From positions 113,891-177,890 of IMG/VR virus record IMGVR_UViG_3300042731_011014: a DNA stretch of 64,000 bases, one strand, 5' to 3'. The translations under genes were made by a program, and so were the position numbers. Under the pieces are notes generated by a model. The model was not told where the DNA came from. It made no database searches and worked only from the letters and a program-made list of their open reading frames with translations. The stretch comes from a virus. Below, piece after piece: positions 55,562 to 64,000 of this stretch; position 1 is the first letter of the stretch, and each line of letters opens with the position of its first letter.

Positions 55562-55774
55562 TCATTTTTTATCTACTCCGCAATACTCACATTTGCAACT
55601 TGTGAATAAATTAACAAACTTATGATCACACTTCTTTTCTTTAGATATAGGAACGAAATCAAATTCTGTTTGAGATAAATCTGTCATTGGTTGAACTGTT
55701 ACTATTTCATCTACACCTGGTATATTACTCCAACTAGTGCTAATTTTTATTCCCTTACTCAGGGCACGATCCAA
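55562..55774 (-). CDS. Small protein with capsid-like IVTVQPMT motif and C-terminal Cys cluster
   Basis: DEIVTVQPMT versus capsid NNLVSIQPMT; CDH...CKCEYC. Confidence 0.5.
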   Translation of the reverse strand: MDRALSKGIKISTSWSNIPGVDEIVTVQPMTDLSQTEFDFVPISKEKKCDHKFVNLFTSCKCEYCGVDKK

Positions 55775-56402
55775 ATCTCTTACCTATCTCATCCTTTGTT
55801 TTTACAAAGACTTCCTCAGCAACTTCCTCAATCAACTTTAAGCCATCTATTACCTCTACCCTTATGGATGAACTAGCATTAAATAGCCTATGCATAACAT
55901 CAGGCGAGATAGATTTCCAATAGGATTGTCTCGCATTTTTAAGAAAATGCATATATTCAAACATTTCTCGCTTACCGCGCTTAAGGACCCGCTCCATTGA
56001 TTTCGTTGGATCAATATCAAACAAAAAAACCATATCAGGCTTAAATATTTGACCGATAGCTGCTTCAACCTCTTTTCTATCCACGTGAAGCTGCTGATAA
56101 ACCCAGGTCGAAAAAACGTACCTGTCAGTTATTACTACCTCGTTATTGCACAAATGAGGCTTAATGCAATTCTCGATATGATCATGTCTATCAGCGCAAA
56201 AAAGATGCAAGAGGGCCTTCTTGTGGACCTCATCATTACCAATTAGTATATTTCGAATAAGTACCCCTATGCATTTATCAGTAGGTTCCTTGGTCCAGTA
56301 TGTTTTTATGCCAAGTTCCTTTTGTATTCTATTTGCCAAAGACCTGGACGCAGTTGTTGTGCCAGCTCCGTCGATTCCTTCAAATACAATAAACATGATC
56401 AC
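55755..56402 (-). CDS. tmk: Thymidylate kinase
   Basis: FIVFEGIDGAGTTT, TKEPT, LFCADR.DH, VITDRY..ST.VYQ, KPD.VFLFDIDP. Confidence 0.92.
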   Translation of the reverse strand: MIMFIVFEGIDGAGTTTASRSLANRIQKELGIKTYWTKEPTDKCIGVLIRNILIGNDEVHKKALLHLFCADRHDHIENCIKPHLCNNEVVITDRYVFSTWVYQQLHVDRKEVEAAIGQIFKPDMVFLFDIDPTKSMERVLKRGKREMFEYMHFLKNARQSYWKSISPDVMHRLFNASSSIRVEVIDGLKLIEEVAEEVFVKTKDEIGKRFGSCPE

Positions 56403-56411
56403 CTCAGTAAG

Positions 56412-57125
56412 TTAAATTATCTCCTTAACATCAAAACTACCATTCGAGCCTGGTAAACCTACCTTGTTTTTTGTTATGCGAAAATAAATCTTGCTATTCT
56501 CTTTTCGAAATACATTTCTATTAGTCAATTCAATGCCAACAGTGCTAGCAAAGTAACAGGAGAGTATTTCCTTGAATGAATGCATTGGTATACATATAAT
56601 AATAGTAGTTCTAGAATTACATGTCTTAAACAAAGAATTATGAATACTAGTAATTTTTCTAATTAAAGAATCGCATAAATGATGTTCTCTGATATTTTCA
56701 AGATATAAGTTATCGATAACCACAAACTTATTTAGCAAGTTCTCATTATTAATAAAAATATGTATCTCTGATACATGGTCAACTTTAATGACTTTGCATG
56801 GCTCTATTGCATTGACGCCCAGTCTTTTTGCCCGATCAGAATCAAACTTAGCTCTATATGAAAACCAAAGACAGGGAACACCAGCACTTGCAGCATACCT
56901 CATTGCTATACCGGTTTTACCGGATTTGCGACCCCCATCTATGCATGTGATTCTATTTACAGGAATACCTCCACCTATTGCAGAATCGAGAACTTCTATA
57001 CCACACTTAATCTTTTGTATCTCTACAAGGTCACTAGCTCTGATACTGCTTAATTTTCCAAATTCCTCATTTACTTCATTTCTCCCTCTATTTCGTATCT
57101 CTTCCCTTTCCTTATTCGAGATCAT
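56412..57125 (-). CDS. Divergent, shortened RecA-like ATPase
   Basis: CGIEVLDSAIGGGIPVNRIT.I.G...SGKT, VVIDN, KNKVGLPG...FDV. Confidence 0.75.
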   Translation of the reverse strand: MISNKEREEIRNRGRNEVNEEFGKLSSIRASDLVEIQKIKCGIEVLDSAIGGGIPVNRITCIDGGRKSGKTGIAMRYAASAGVPCLWFSYRAKFDSDRAKRLGVNAIEPCKVIKVDHVSEIHIFINNENLLNKFVVIDNLYLENIREHHLCDSLIRKITSIHNSLFKTCNSRTTIIICIPMHSFKEILSCYFASTVGIELTNRNVFRKENSKIYFRITKNKVGLPGSNGSFDVKEII

Positions 57126-57133
57126 TGATGCTC

Positions 57134-57313
57134 CTATAATGAATCACTTCCAAAGCCATCCCTAGCAGTCTTCTTAACAAATTCCTTGGCCTCTTTAATT
57201 TTCCCAGCCCCCTTTTTATCACCTACCCGCTCAGCCACTTTTTGGGCCTCATGAAGCTCGTCATCAGCATTTTCTAGGTGTTTTCTGATTTCACGTAAAT
57301 CATGTTTTCCCAT
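57134..57313 (-). CDS. Hypothetical 59 aa helical protein (below track cutoff)
   Basis: MGKHDLREIRKHLENADDELHEAQKVAERVGDKKGAGKIKEAKEFVKKTARDGFGSDSL*; GAGG RBS. Confidence 0.5.
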   Translation of the reverse strand: MGKHDLREIRKHLENADDELHEAQKVAERVGDKKGAGKIKEAKEFVKKTARDGFGSDSL

Positions 57314-57367
57314 TTTACCCTCTTTTCACAATATTATGACATTAACACGGGAATTGTGTCATTTAAA

Positions 57368-57850
57368 TCAGATTTTTGTTTTTAAATCCTTGATTATGTT
57401 ATTATTTTTTTTCAAAAATGAACATTTTTTCCTTGCTTTATGTATGTTCAGTTTTTTCCATCGATTTCTTCCTATGACACCACCTAAAATATATTTACCA
57501 TATGGCGTCTCATTTAATGTAATTATTCGATTATACGGAAAATAAACCGATGATCTATCCTTACTTATTATTCCAGTCACCATAACTGAATTACTAGAAA
57601 GAGTATTCCCTTTACTCTCAATCTGAAAAACTATCATTCCTTTTATAGATCTATCCTTAACATCAAATACTGCACCGAACTTTACAACAGACCATTTATC
57701 ACTCTGTACACCAGTATAGAGGTTACCTTTAGTATTTATTTTATTAAAGGTCATGCATATTCCACCGCCAATATACCAGGTCCCTAACATTTCCTTACCA
57801 GCAAACGTAGTAGCAGGTAACAATATTATCAAAAAAACAAAGTACTTCAT
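57368..57850 (-). CDS. Secreted / exported beta-rich protein
   Basis: Signal peptide MKYFVFLIILLPATTFA. Confidence 0.6.
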   Translation of the reverse strand: MKYFVFLIILLPATTFAGKEMLGTWYIGGGICMTFNKINTKGNLYTGVQSDKWSVVKFGAVFDVKDRSIKGMIVFQIESKGNTLSSNSVMVTGIISKDRSSVYFPYNRIITLNETPYGKYILGGVIGRNRWKKLNIHKARKKCSFLKKNNNIIKDLKTKI

Positions 57851-57865
57851 TTTTCCTTTTCCTGT

Positions 57866-58060
57866 TTAGCAAACGTGATATTGATTTTTTTCCGACAGCC
57901 TGGGAACAGTGAAAGCAAAATCAACGGCAGGGGGTTCGGTTGATTCATCAATATCAATGACTTTAATTACGCATCCCGAATAGATTTTCTTTAAAAAATC
58001 AACGCGTTTAGCGATATCTTTAGCGAGATAATATTTTTTCCAATTACACTTACTGCTCAT
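57866..58060 (-). CDS. Hypothetical protein
   Basis: Co-oriented ORF. Confidence 0.45.
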   Translation of the reverse strand: MSSKCNWKKYYLAKDIAKRVDFLKKIYSGCVIKVIDIDESTEPPAVDFAFTVPRLSEKNQYHVC

Positions 58061-58527
58061 TATTTCTTTCCTAATATTTTATCCATAGCATTGTTCAGCT
58101 CTTTCATTTTTCCATCATCACCGCCATAGTCTGGATGATACAATAAACTAAGTGCTCGATATGATGCCTTAATAACTTCCATGGGCGCATACTTAGTCAC
58201 ATAAAGCACGTCATGCGCTGTTTTAACTTCCCTGACATCAAGATTATCAAGTAATTCATCGCAGAAACTTTTGTAATTCTTTGTCCATGGTTCGGCTTCG
58301 TGACAAAAACTATCATTCGAGTGAAGGGCAACCCATTTTTCATTAACCCGGCCAATTATAGCCTGCTCACCAACATTGATATAACCCATGCAATTATTAC
58401 ATCGCTGCCTATATTCGAGCTGAGCCATTCTAGCACCGTGCTTACAGCAGATAGTCCAACTATTACTAATTTTAATAAGGTCCTCTAATTTGACAACCTC
58501 GTTGCAAATTGCACAAACACCTGTCAT
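58060..58527 (-). CDS. Zinc-finger plus C-terminal J-domain protein
   Basis: CAIC/CCKH/CNNC; AHDVL.V...A..EVIKASYRALSLLYHPDYGG....MKELNNA with HPD motif. Confidence 0.88.
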   Translation of the reverse strand: MTGVCAICNEVVKLEDLIKISNSWTICCKHGARMAQLEYRQRCNNCMGYINVGEQAIIGRVNEKWVALHSNDSFCHEAEPWTKNYKSFCDELLDNLDVREVKTAHDVLYVTKYAPMEVIKASYRALSLLYHPDYGGDDGKMKELNNAMDKILGKK

Positions 58528-58539
58528 AGATTACCCCTT

Positions 58540-58866
58540 CTACATAATTGCATAACCTTTACCGCGAACAGTTTTTATAAATCTGTCACTCGTGAAGTGA
58601 TTGAGGCCAATTTTTTTTCTGATACGTGAAATATAAACAACAAGGGAGGTGTCCCATGGCAGATATTCACCCTTAAAAAGAAGCATTAGATCCTGGTGGC
58701 TACACAGCTTACCAACGTTCTGCAAAAGATGCGCAAGTATTTTTGTTTCTATATTAGTCAGATTAGTTGTACCATCACCACTAAAACCAGTATGCACATG
58801 AACAGTCATAAGATCGGTATCTAAAGTCAACTCATCGTTTTTGATGATCATCGATTTTATCTCCAT
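58540..58866 (-). CDS. Stand-alone OmpR/PhoB-type winged-helix DNA-binding domain
   Basis: LTNIETKILAHLLQNVGKLCSHQDL...SLVVYISRIRKKIG...IKTVRGKGY; no receiver domain. Confidence 0.88.
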   Translation of the reverse strand: MEIKSMIIKNDELTLDTDLMTVHVHTGFSGDGTTNLTNIETKILAHLLQNVGKLCSHQDLMLLFKGEYLPWDTSLVVYISRIRKKIGLNHFTSDRFIKTVRGKGYAIM

Positions 58867-59013
58867 GCGTCATTTTAAAATCATATGCCATTAGCCTTAT
58901 CTTGCAATCCTCACAATATAGTGGCTCCATCAAAGGTGTTTTCATAAGTTCTTCGTTCGATAAATCGCAACAGTAAAACATTTCTGCCTGTTCATTTTTC
59001 TGCATTATTTACC

Positions 59014-60295
59014 TTACCTGTTCAACTTTATTCGTAAAAGATCAGAGCAAACATCACAAGCAGCATTAGGTGGACCCTCCATCCAGGATCTTAACCCGCA
59101 ATACATGCAATCCCTAATACCATCCGATTTATAAGGCATCCACCTCCGCGGAATACTGATTGAAAAGAAGCACAACCTAATATAACAGCGTCCAGGTGCC
59201 CAGTGCCTACCAATGTTTTTTATATCGAATTTTTTGAATTTGTAAAACCTAATCATCATCTTTCTTTTCGAATTTCGCGTCTAGCTCCTTCAGAAAGCTT
59301 CGGAACTAGCTTGTTAGCTTCCTGTAATGGCAAAAGAAAACTTGCTACATGAGCATAGCTCGTCTCACTACCAGCCCAGTAACCCTCACCGTACTCATCA
59401 TCTTTTTCATTTTCTTCTATATTCTTAAACCCTACCACTGAGTGTCTGTACCAGTACAAAAGAAAATCAGAAATCTTTCTTATTATCACTTCATAGCTAT
59501 CGCCCGGTGCTATTCTATCTGGAACTGCTCTTTTCATTCTTTCACCTTACATTGTTTTTACTCTTAAACAATCGCAAAAACCTACGTATCAAAACCTCAA
59601 TAAACGATACACTGCCAACCACTTCTCTTAGTTCCCGATCTTTTTGCAACTGTTCAAACTCTGACAAAGTCCTCATATCAAGGACCCCCCATTTACCACT
59701 AGGCATCCTATCAACAACACCATGACTCCACCCGCCTAAGTAACCGCGCCTCATTCCTTGATTTATAATATCGTAACGTCTTATTTCTTTTCCATTAATT
59801 CATCAATTATTTCCATTGCGTTCCTCGCTTAAAATTGGTGACCGCAGCTACTCCTTTTATCTTATCGACTTTACTACTTTAAAATTTATATTATGCTCTT
59901 CATCTGTTATTGACACACTTACCTCTATAGAGAAACCTGGCGCCATCTCCTCAAATTCTTTTACTGCATCATTAATCAAATCTTCATACGAAACGAACAT
60001 CTCTTCCTTTAAATCTCTATTGGCCATTAACCTGCTTAGCTTCGGCCCTATATGCTCCATGGCTGTTTTAATTTTATCGATCTGAATCATGCTGGCTTAC
60101 CTTTTAGCCTTCGACCTCAACATTATCATATTTTACACGCAACCCCTTACAATCCTCCCACATGTGCTTACACTTAGAACAAGCAAACACCCCAATAACT
60201 GCATCGCGAACACATTGAAATCGACGGCGTTTGAAAAAAATCTTTTCACTGCTTCCACATTCTGGACATTCCACAATCATTTGGCACCATAACAC
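59014..60295 (-). other. Run of short hypothetical ORFs (59014-59259; 59256-59537; 59542-59754; 59857-60090; 60104-60295 zinc ribbon)
   Basis: Co-oriented ORFs; CPECG/CSKC in the last. Confidence 0.55.
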
Positions 60296-60310
60296 CCACG
60301 ATAGCTACAA

Positions 60311-61027
60311 TTAAACATCTCCTGGAAACTGTTCCCATGCCCGACTATCAAGGAGCCTGCCAGCTTCCTTTCTTTTGACCCCACCCCACTGCTTAAAGAA
60401 AAAAGGAACCTTCCTTTGAATGCATTCATCCCTAATCGGCCTTACCCATTCAGGGTCCATAGGACGCGCACCCGGCCCGCTCTCGCCTCCAACTATAACC
60501 CAGTTCATATTCAGCAATCTCGGCCATATAGGACCTAACAATGGTTCGAATGATACAAACTTGACCGCGGCCCCTGTCTTGCTCAGATCATCAATCCTGT
60601 AAAGGTAATCCTCGCTCTCAACACTTACTCCCATCCACACGTTTTTAGGCCACTCGATGACATGACACAGATCAGTCAGACGCTCAGTTCTTTTTGTAAG
60701 AATCTGAAAAATATGATGTTTTTGAACACGCATTACATCAAAAATTTCTCGAATAAACATTACCGAGATATCGTTATGAAACAGGTCGCTCATTGAGTTG
60801 ACAAAAATTCTCTTGGGCTTTTTCCATGTGAGGGGTTTTAGTAACTTTATCCTGTGCTCGGTGGGAGTAAAGCCATTTCTGTAATTTTCTTGGCCTATAG
60901 CTTTAAGTCTCTTGGCCATGTGCCTAGCGTAGCAATTATCACAACCAGGACTCGCCCACTCGCACCCTGTGACGGGATTCCAAACCTTGTCAGTCCACTC
61001 AATCCCGTGTAAATTAACCTTATCCAT
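60311..61027 (-). CDS. DUF5131 / phage Gp37Gp68 family protein (radical-SAM-like Cys motif)
   Basis: IEWTDKVWNPVTGC...SPGCDNCYA, FVNSMSDLFH, FQILTKR, FVSFEPLLG, WVIVGGESG.GARPM, FFFKQWGG. Confidence 0.92.
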   Translation of the reverse strand: MDKVNLHGIEWTDKVWNPVTGCEWASPGCDNCYARHMAKRLKAIGQENYRNGFTPTEHRIKLLKPLTWKKPKRIFVNSMSDLFHNDISVMFIREIFDVMRVQKHHIFQILTKRTERLTDLCHVIEWPKNVWMGVSVESEDYLYRIDDLSKTGAAVKFVSFEPLLGPIWPRLLNMNWVIVGGESGPGARPMDPEWVRPIRDECIQRKVPFFFKQWGGVKRKEAGRLLDSRAWEQFPGDV

Positions 61028-61054
61028 GCCTTATTTCATTCTTTCACTGCTAAA

Positions 61055-61577
61055 TTATTTCCCTTCAGGACCTACTTTTCCAGTTACAACCATTTCCAGC
61101 CTTTGCCACATATCATCAACTACCGAAGATCCAATATTTGCAAGTTCTCTAGGCTTAGCACCTTTGCTAACCATTGATAAAAATGTATTAACAATGATAC
61201 CTATGCCAGTTTCGACATGAACGAAAAAACCACACTGATCTTCTTCTATATAAGAGTTTATCAGCTCGAGCACTTTTGGCAAGATTGTATCAGCCAGTTT
61301 TGCTTCTTCCTCTCCAATATTTTCTCTTTCAATGACTTTCATTGCAATATCACTACCTTTCATTAAGATAATAATCCCACTCTACACCTTCGATTTCACA
61401 GACTGATTTAGCCAATGCAATAACCCCACTATCACCGAGATTTTCAAATGAATCAGATTCGGACCCATTGACAAGTGACTTACGCACCCAAAAATTATGA
61501 CCTCCGACATCCAAAAGCAATGACTTGTCAGTAGCCCTAACCAGGGTAGCCTCCTCTATAACAACATATTCACTCAT
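61055..61577 (-). other. Two hypothetical ORFs (61055-61363; 61353-61577)
   Basis: Co-oriented ORFs. Confidence 0.55.
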
Positions 61578-61623
61578 TTACATATCTCCAAATATTGTTC
61601 TGATTATCCTGCCAGCGATAACC

Positions 61624-61716
61624 TTAAGGGTTGAGGAATAAAAATTCCCCTTCAGTTTTCTCTTGTTCAGGTAGTCGTCTTATCAAAACACAATCATATA
61701 ATGGTTTAACTTCCAT
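61624..61716 (-). pseudogene. groES: groES (cpn10) 5-prime remnant
   Basis: MEVKPLYDCVLIRRLPEQEKTEG, then after a 1 nt shift GIFIPQ; matches the GroES start M.I.PL.DRV.V.R...E.KT.GGI.IP. Confidence 0.7.
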
Positions 61717-61742
61717 TACTTACCTCTATTCGTGTTGATTTT

Positions 61743-62081
61743 CTATGTTACCACACAAAAACAGTTTTGGCAGATATCCATAAATACGTACTCACTTCCT
61801 CTATTTTTTTCTAACCAGTCGTCATCCTTGCACATCATAGGAAATACTTCATGAAAAAACCAATCATTAAAGTCATAGGAAAAATATTCTAAGGTAATAA
61901 GATCTACTGGACTTTCCGACCAAGTAACCCATTCAATCCCACCGCACATAGGACACTTATTAATGCAATTATCAAGCAATTTTTCTCTTCTTTCGCACTT
62001 AATCTTTTTGTTCAGAATTCTTACTCCATTCGAGATAAATTGTTTTTTCGCTAGTGTATTCAAACTCTTCTTTGAACTCAT
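61743..62081 (-). CDS. Hypothetical zinc-finger protein
   Basis: CPMCGG and CQNC. Confidence 0.5.
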   Translation of the reverse strand: MSSKKSLNTLAKKQFISNGVRILNKKIKCERREKLLDNCINKCPMCGGIEWVTWSESPVDLITLEYFSYDFNDWFFHEVFPMMCKDDDWLEKNRGSEYVFMDICQNCFCVVT

Positions 62082-62259
62082 TTATCCCACGGACGTACAA
62101 CCCAGGATAACCGATCTGATTATAAATAACCATTATTTGACCATCCTGAGCATTCATACCATTCAACGCAAAACCAACAACAGAATACAAACTACCTTCT
62201 TCGAGATTCACATACAGGTTGCCTACAGATATACCATCTATTGCTTTTGAATTAAACAT
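61999..62259 (-). CDS. DUF1653-like protein
   Basis: GNLY....G.LYSV.G.A......MVIY......YVR...EF..EF. Confidence 0.65.
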   Translation of the reverse strand: MFNSKAIDGISVGNLYVNLEEGSLYSVVGFALNGMNAQDGQIMVIYNQIGYPGLYVRGINEFKEEFEYTSEKTIYLEWSKNSEQKD

Positions 62260-62507
62260 TATTATCCTCCTGTCCTATAGTCATCCCTTTTTCTATTTTT
62301 TGAATACAGCCAATCATATCTCTTTCCACTTTACGCCAACCACAAACCATTATTTGGTGCACCCTTTGTTTTTGATATACCTAACTTTTTACCTATTTCA
62401 ACAAAATTATAATCATAAGCAACTTTTAAAATAATTACCTCTTTTTCCCTAATCGTTTTTATTTGATGTCTTTCGATTCTTTTAATTTTCATTTCTTCAG
62501 CTTTCAT
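62252..62507 (-). pseudogene. Frameshifted stand-alone sigma70 region-4 HTH gene (not in track)
   Basis: REKEVIILKVAYDYNFVEIGKKLGISKT, then one extra base, RVHQIMVCGWRKVER. Length 256 nt = 85 codons + 1. Confidence 0.65.
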
Positions 62508-63211
62508 TGCGACTCTCCTAATTCTTGTGCTATTTTTCTGATGATCGAACCATATTCACGGATTTGCTCGGTGGAGTACTTGTGTTTCTTTCCGATGGTT
62601 TCATAGTTTTCTATCCAATCTTTGATAGGTTTTATGAGGCAGCCGATTTGGATTTGTTCTGGAGTAGCTATTATGCAGTCTTTGGAGCCATTGTATTTAA
62701 CAACTTTTATGCCCTTTGTACCTTCGAAGTTAACATATCTCAAGTCAGCCCCTTCGAGGTTGGCCCCTTCGAGGTTGGACCATTTGAGGTTGGCCCCTTT
62801 AAGGTTGGCCCCTTTAAGGTTGGCCCCTTCGAGGTTGGACCATTTGAGGTTGGCCCCTTTAAGGTTGGCCGCATAGAGGTTGGACCATTTAAGGTTGGCC
62901 CCTTTAAGGTTGGCCCCTTCGAGGTTGGACCATTTGAGGTCGGCCCCTTCGAGGTTGGCCGCATAGAGGTTGGCCCCTTTAAGGTTGGCCCCTTTAAGGT
63001 TGGCCCCTTTAAGGTTGGCCCCTTCGAGGTTGGACCATTTGAGGTTGGCCCCTTTAAGGTTGGCCCCTTTAAGGTTGGCCCCTTCGAGGTTGGACCATTT
63101 GAGGTCGGCCCCTTTAAGGTTGGCCGCATAGAGGTTGGACCATTTGAGGTCGGCCCCCTCAAAAATTCTTTGGCCATTAGCGTAGGCCTTGAGCAGATCT
63201 TTAACTTCCAT
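62504..63211 (-). CDS. Pentapeptide repeat protein with C-terminal domain
   Basis: About 28 A(N/D)L(K/E)G / SNLEG / ADLKW repeats, 15 bp DNA periodicity; C-terminal IQIGC...I.DW. Confidence 0.93.
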   Translation of the reverse strand: MEVKDLLKAYANGQRIFEGADLKWSNLYAANLKGADLKWSNLEGANLKGANLKGANLKWSNLEGANLKGANLKGANLKGANLYAANLEGADLKWSNLEGANLKGANLKWSNLYAANLKGANLKWSNLEGANLKGANLKGANLKWSNLEGANLEGADLRYVNFEGTKGIKVVKYNGSKDCIIATPEQIQIGCLIKPIKDWIENYETIGKKHKYSTEQIREYGSIIRKIAQELGESQ

Positions 63212-63419
63212 TTTTTTCTCCTTTGTTGTTTTCTTTTAATCTTATAGATTACATGATTGGGGCCAACTACATGTAGTTATCATTGGGCTTCATGAGATGA
63301 TATTCCGCAACCATCTTTTTTACGACGTTACGTTACCCCGCATGCAGTATCCTGTATATTCTTTCTTAATATAAACCCACCTTATTATTATAGCGGATTT
63401 TATAATTTGCACACTCTAT

Positions 63420-63898
63420 TTAGTACTTTTTATTCATAATTAATTCAATAACAAAAACAATAAGCACAATCGGCCATAATAACAGATAAGTTAAAAATGC
63501 ATCCCCAAATATACTCTCTAATTTACGATCATACCAAATGGGACCACTTATAACAATCCCAAGTATCAACCACATTATTGAAATAAAATAACCTAAAATT
63601 GGAATAAAATAACCTAAACTTTCGATTTCACTCGGACTCATTACACTAACTTCTTAAAAATACTAAAAACCGACTTAGTTAATGGGCATCCGGCAGGGAA
63701 CCCATCTGGTATTCGACCATCCTCGGTAAAACCGTCTTGTTCATTCATCTGAACACCGTCATCTCGGTAACTCCATTCCTCGGCATTACATCGATGAAAA
63801 CTAGGACCATATGGGACACCTTTTTCCCTCCATTCAAAACAATAAAAGGGACATTCCTCACCGCACTTACTAACCTTTATTTCAACTTTCATTGACAA
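63420..63898 (-). other. Two small ORFs (63420-63641 membrane protein; 63641-63898 Cys-containing)
   Basis: Two TM helices in the first; C..CPF..C..CP in the second. Confidence 0.55.
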
Positions 63899-64000
63899 TT
63901 TCCAAATATTGGGATGAATGTGTATTTGTTTAATGTCACGTCAATTTTAACTTTTTTTCTTCAGCTATTTTTTGCCATATTTCCCATAGTGATGGTGATC

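Noticed and set aside
62525-63247. Plus-strand 240 aa and alternative-frame 145 aa repeat ORFs (VGPFK / GPTLK repeats)
   Set aside because: By-products of the pentapeptide repeat in other frames.
1-64000. tRNA or rRNA genes
   Set aside because: No cloverleaf or T-loop GTTCGA context noticed in intergenic gaps; a tRNAscan run would be needed to exclude them formally.

Overview
A 64 kb, almost entirely minus-strand segment of a large contractile-tailed dsDNA phage with T4-superfamily head genes. From 1 to about 44.3 kb lies the morphogenesis module: baseplate gp25, spike, hub, LysM protein, tape measure, a tail chaperone with a -1 frameshift site, two gp19-like tube genes, sheath, terminator, neck proteins, gp23-like capsid, protease-scaffold, a gp20-like portal carrying four inteins, and terminase. 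Three DNA adenine methyltransferase genes, an HNH nuclease, an antirepressor with a palindrome array, and an internally deleted IscB element that keeps its omega-RNA are interspersed. From about 44.4 to 64 kb is an accessory region with pyrD, a sigma70-family factor, a full-length lysS, tmk, a RecA-like gene, a J-domain protein, a stand-alone OmpR-type winged helix, a DUF5131 protein, a pentapeptide protein and many short ORFs. It also holds hidden gene fragments (OmpA domain, groES, sigma region 4, pieces of the phage's own capsid gene). No tRNA, rRNA, CRISPR array or integrase was seen. All family calls come from motif recognition by eye, not database searches.
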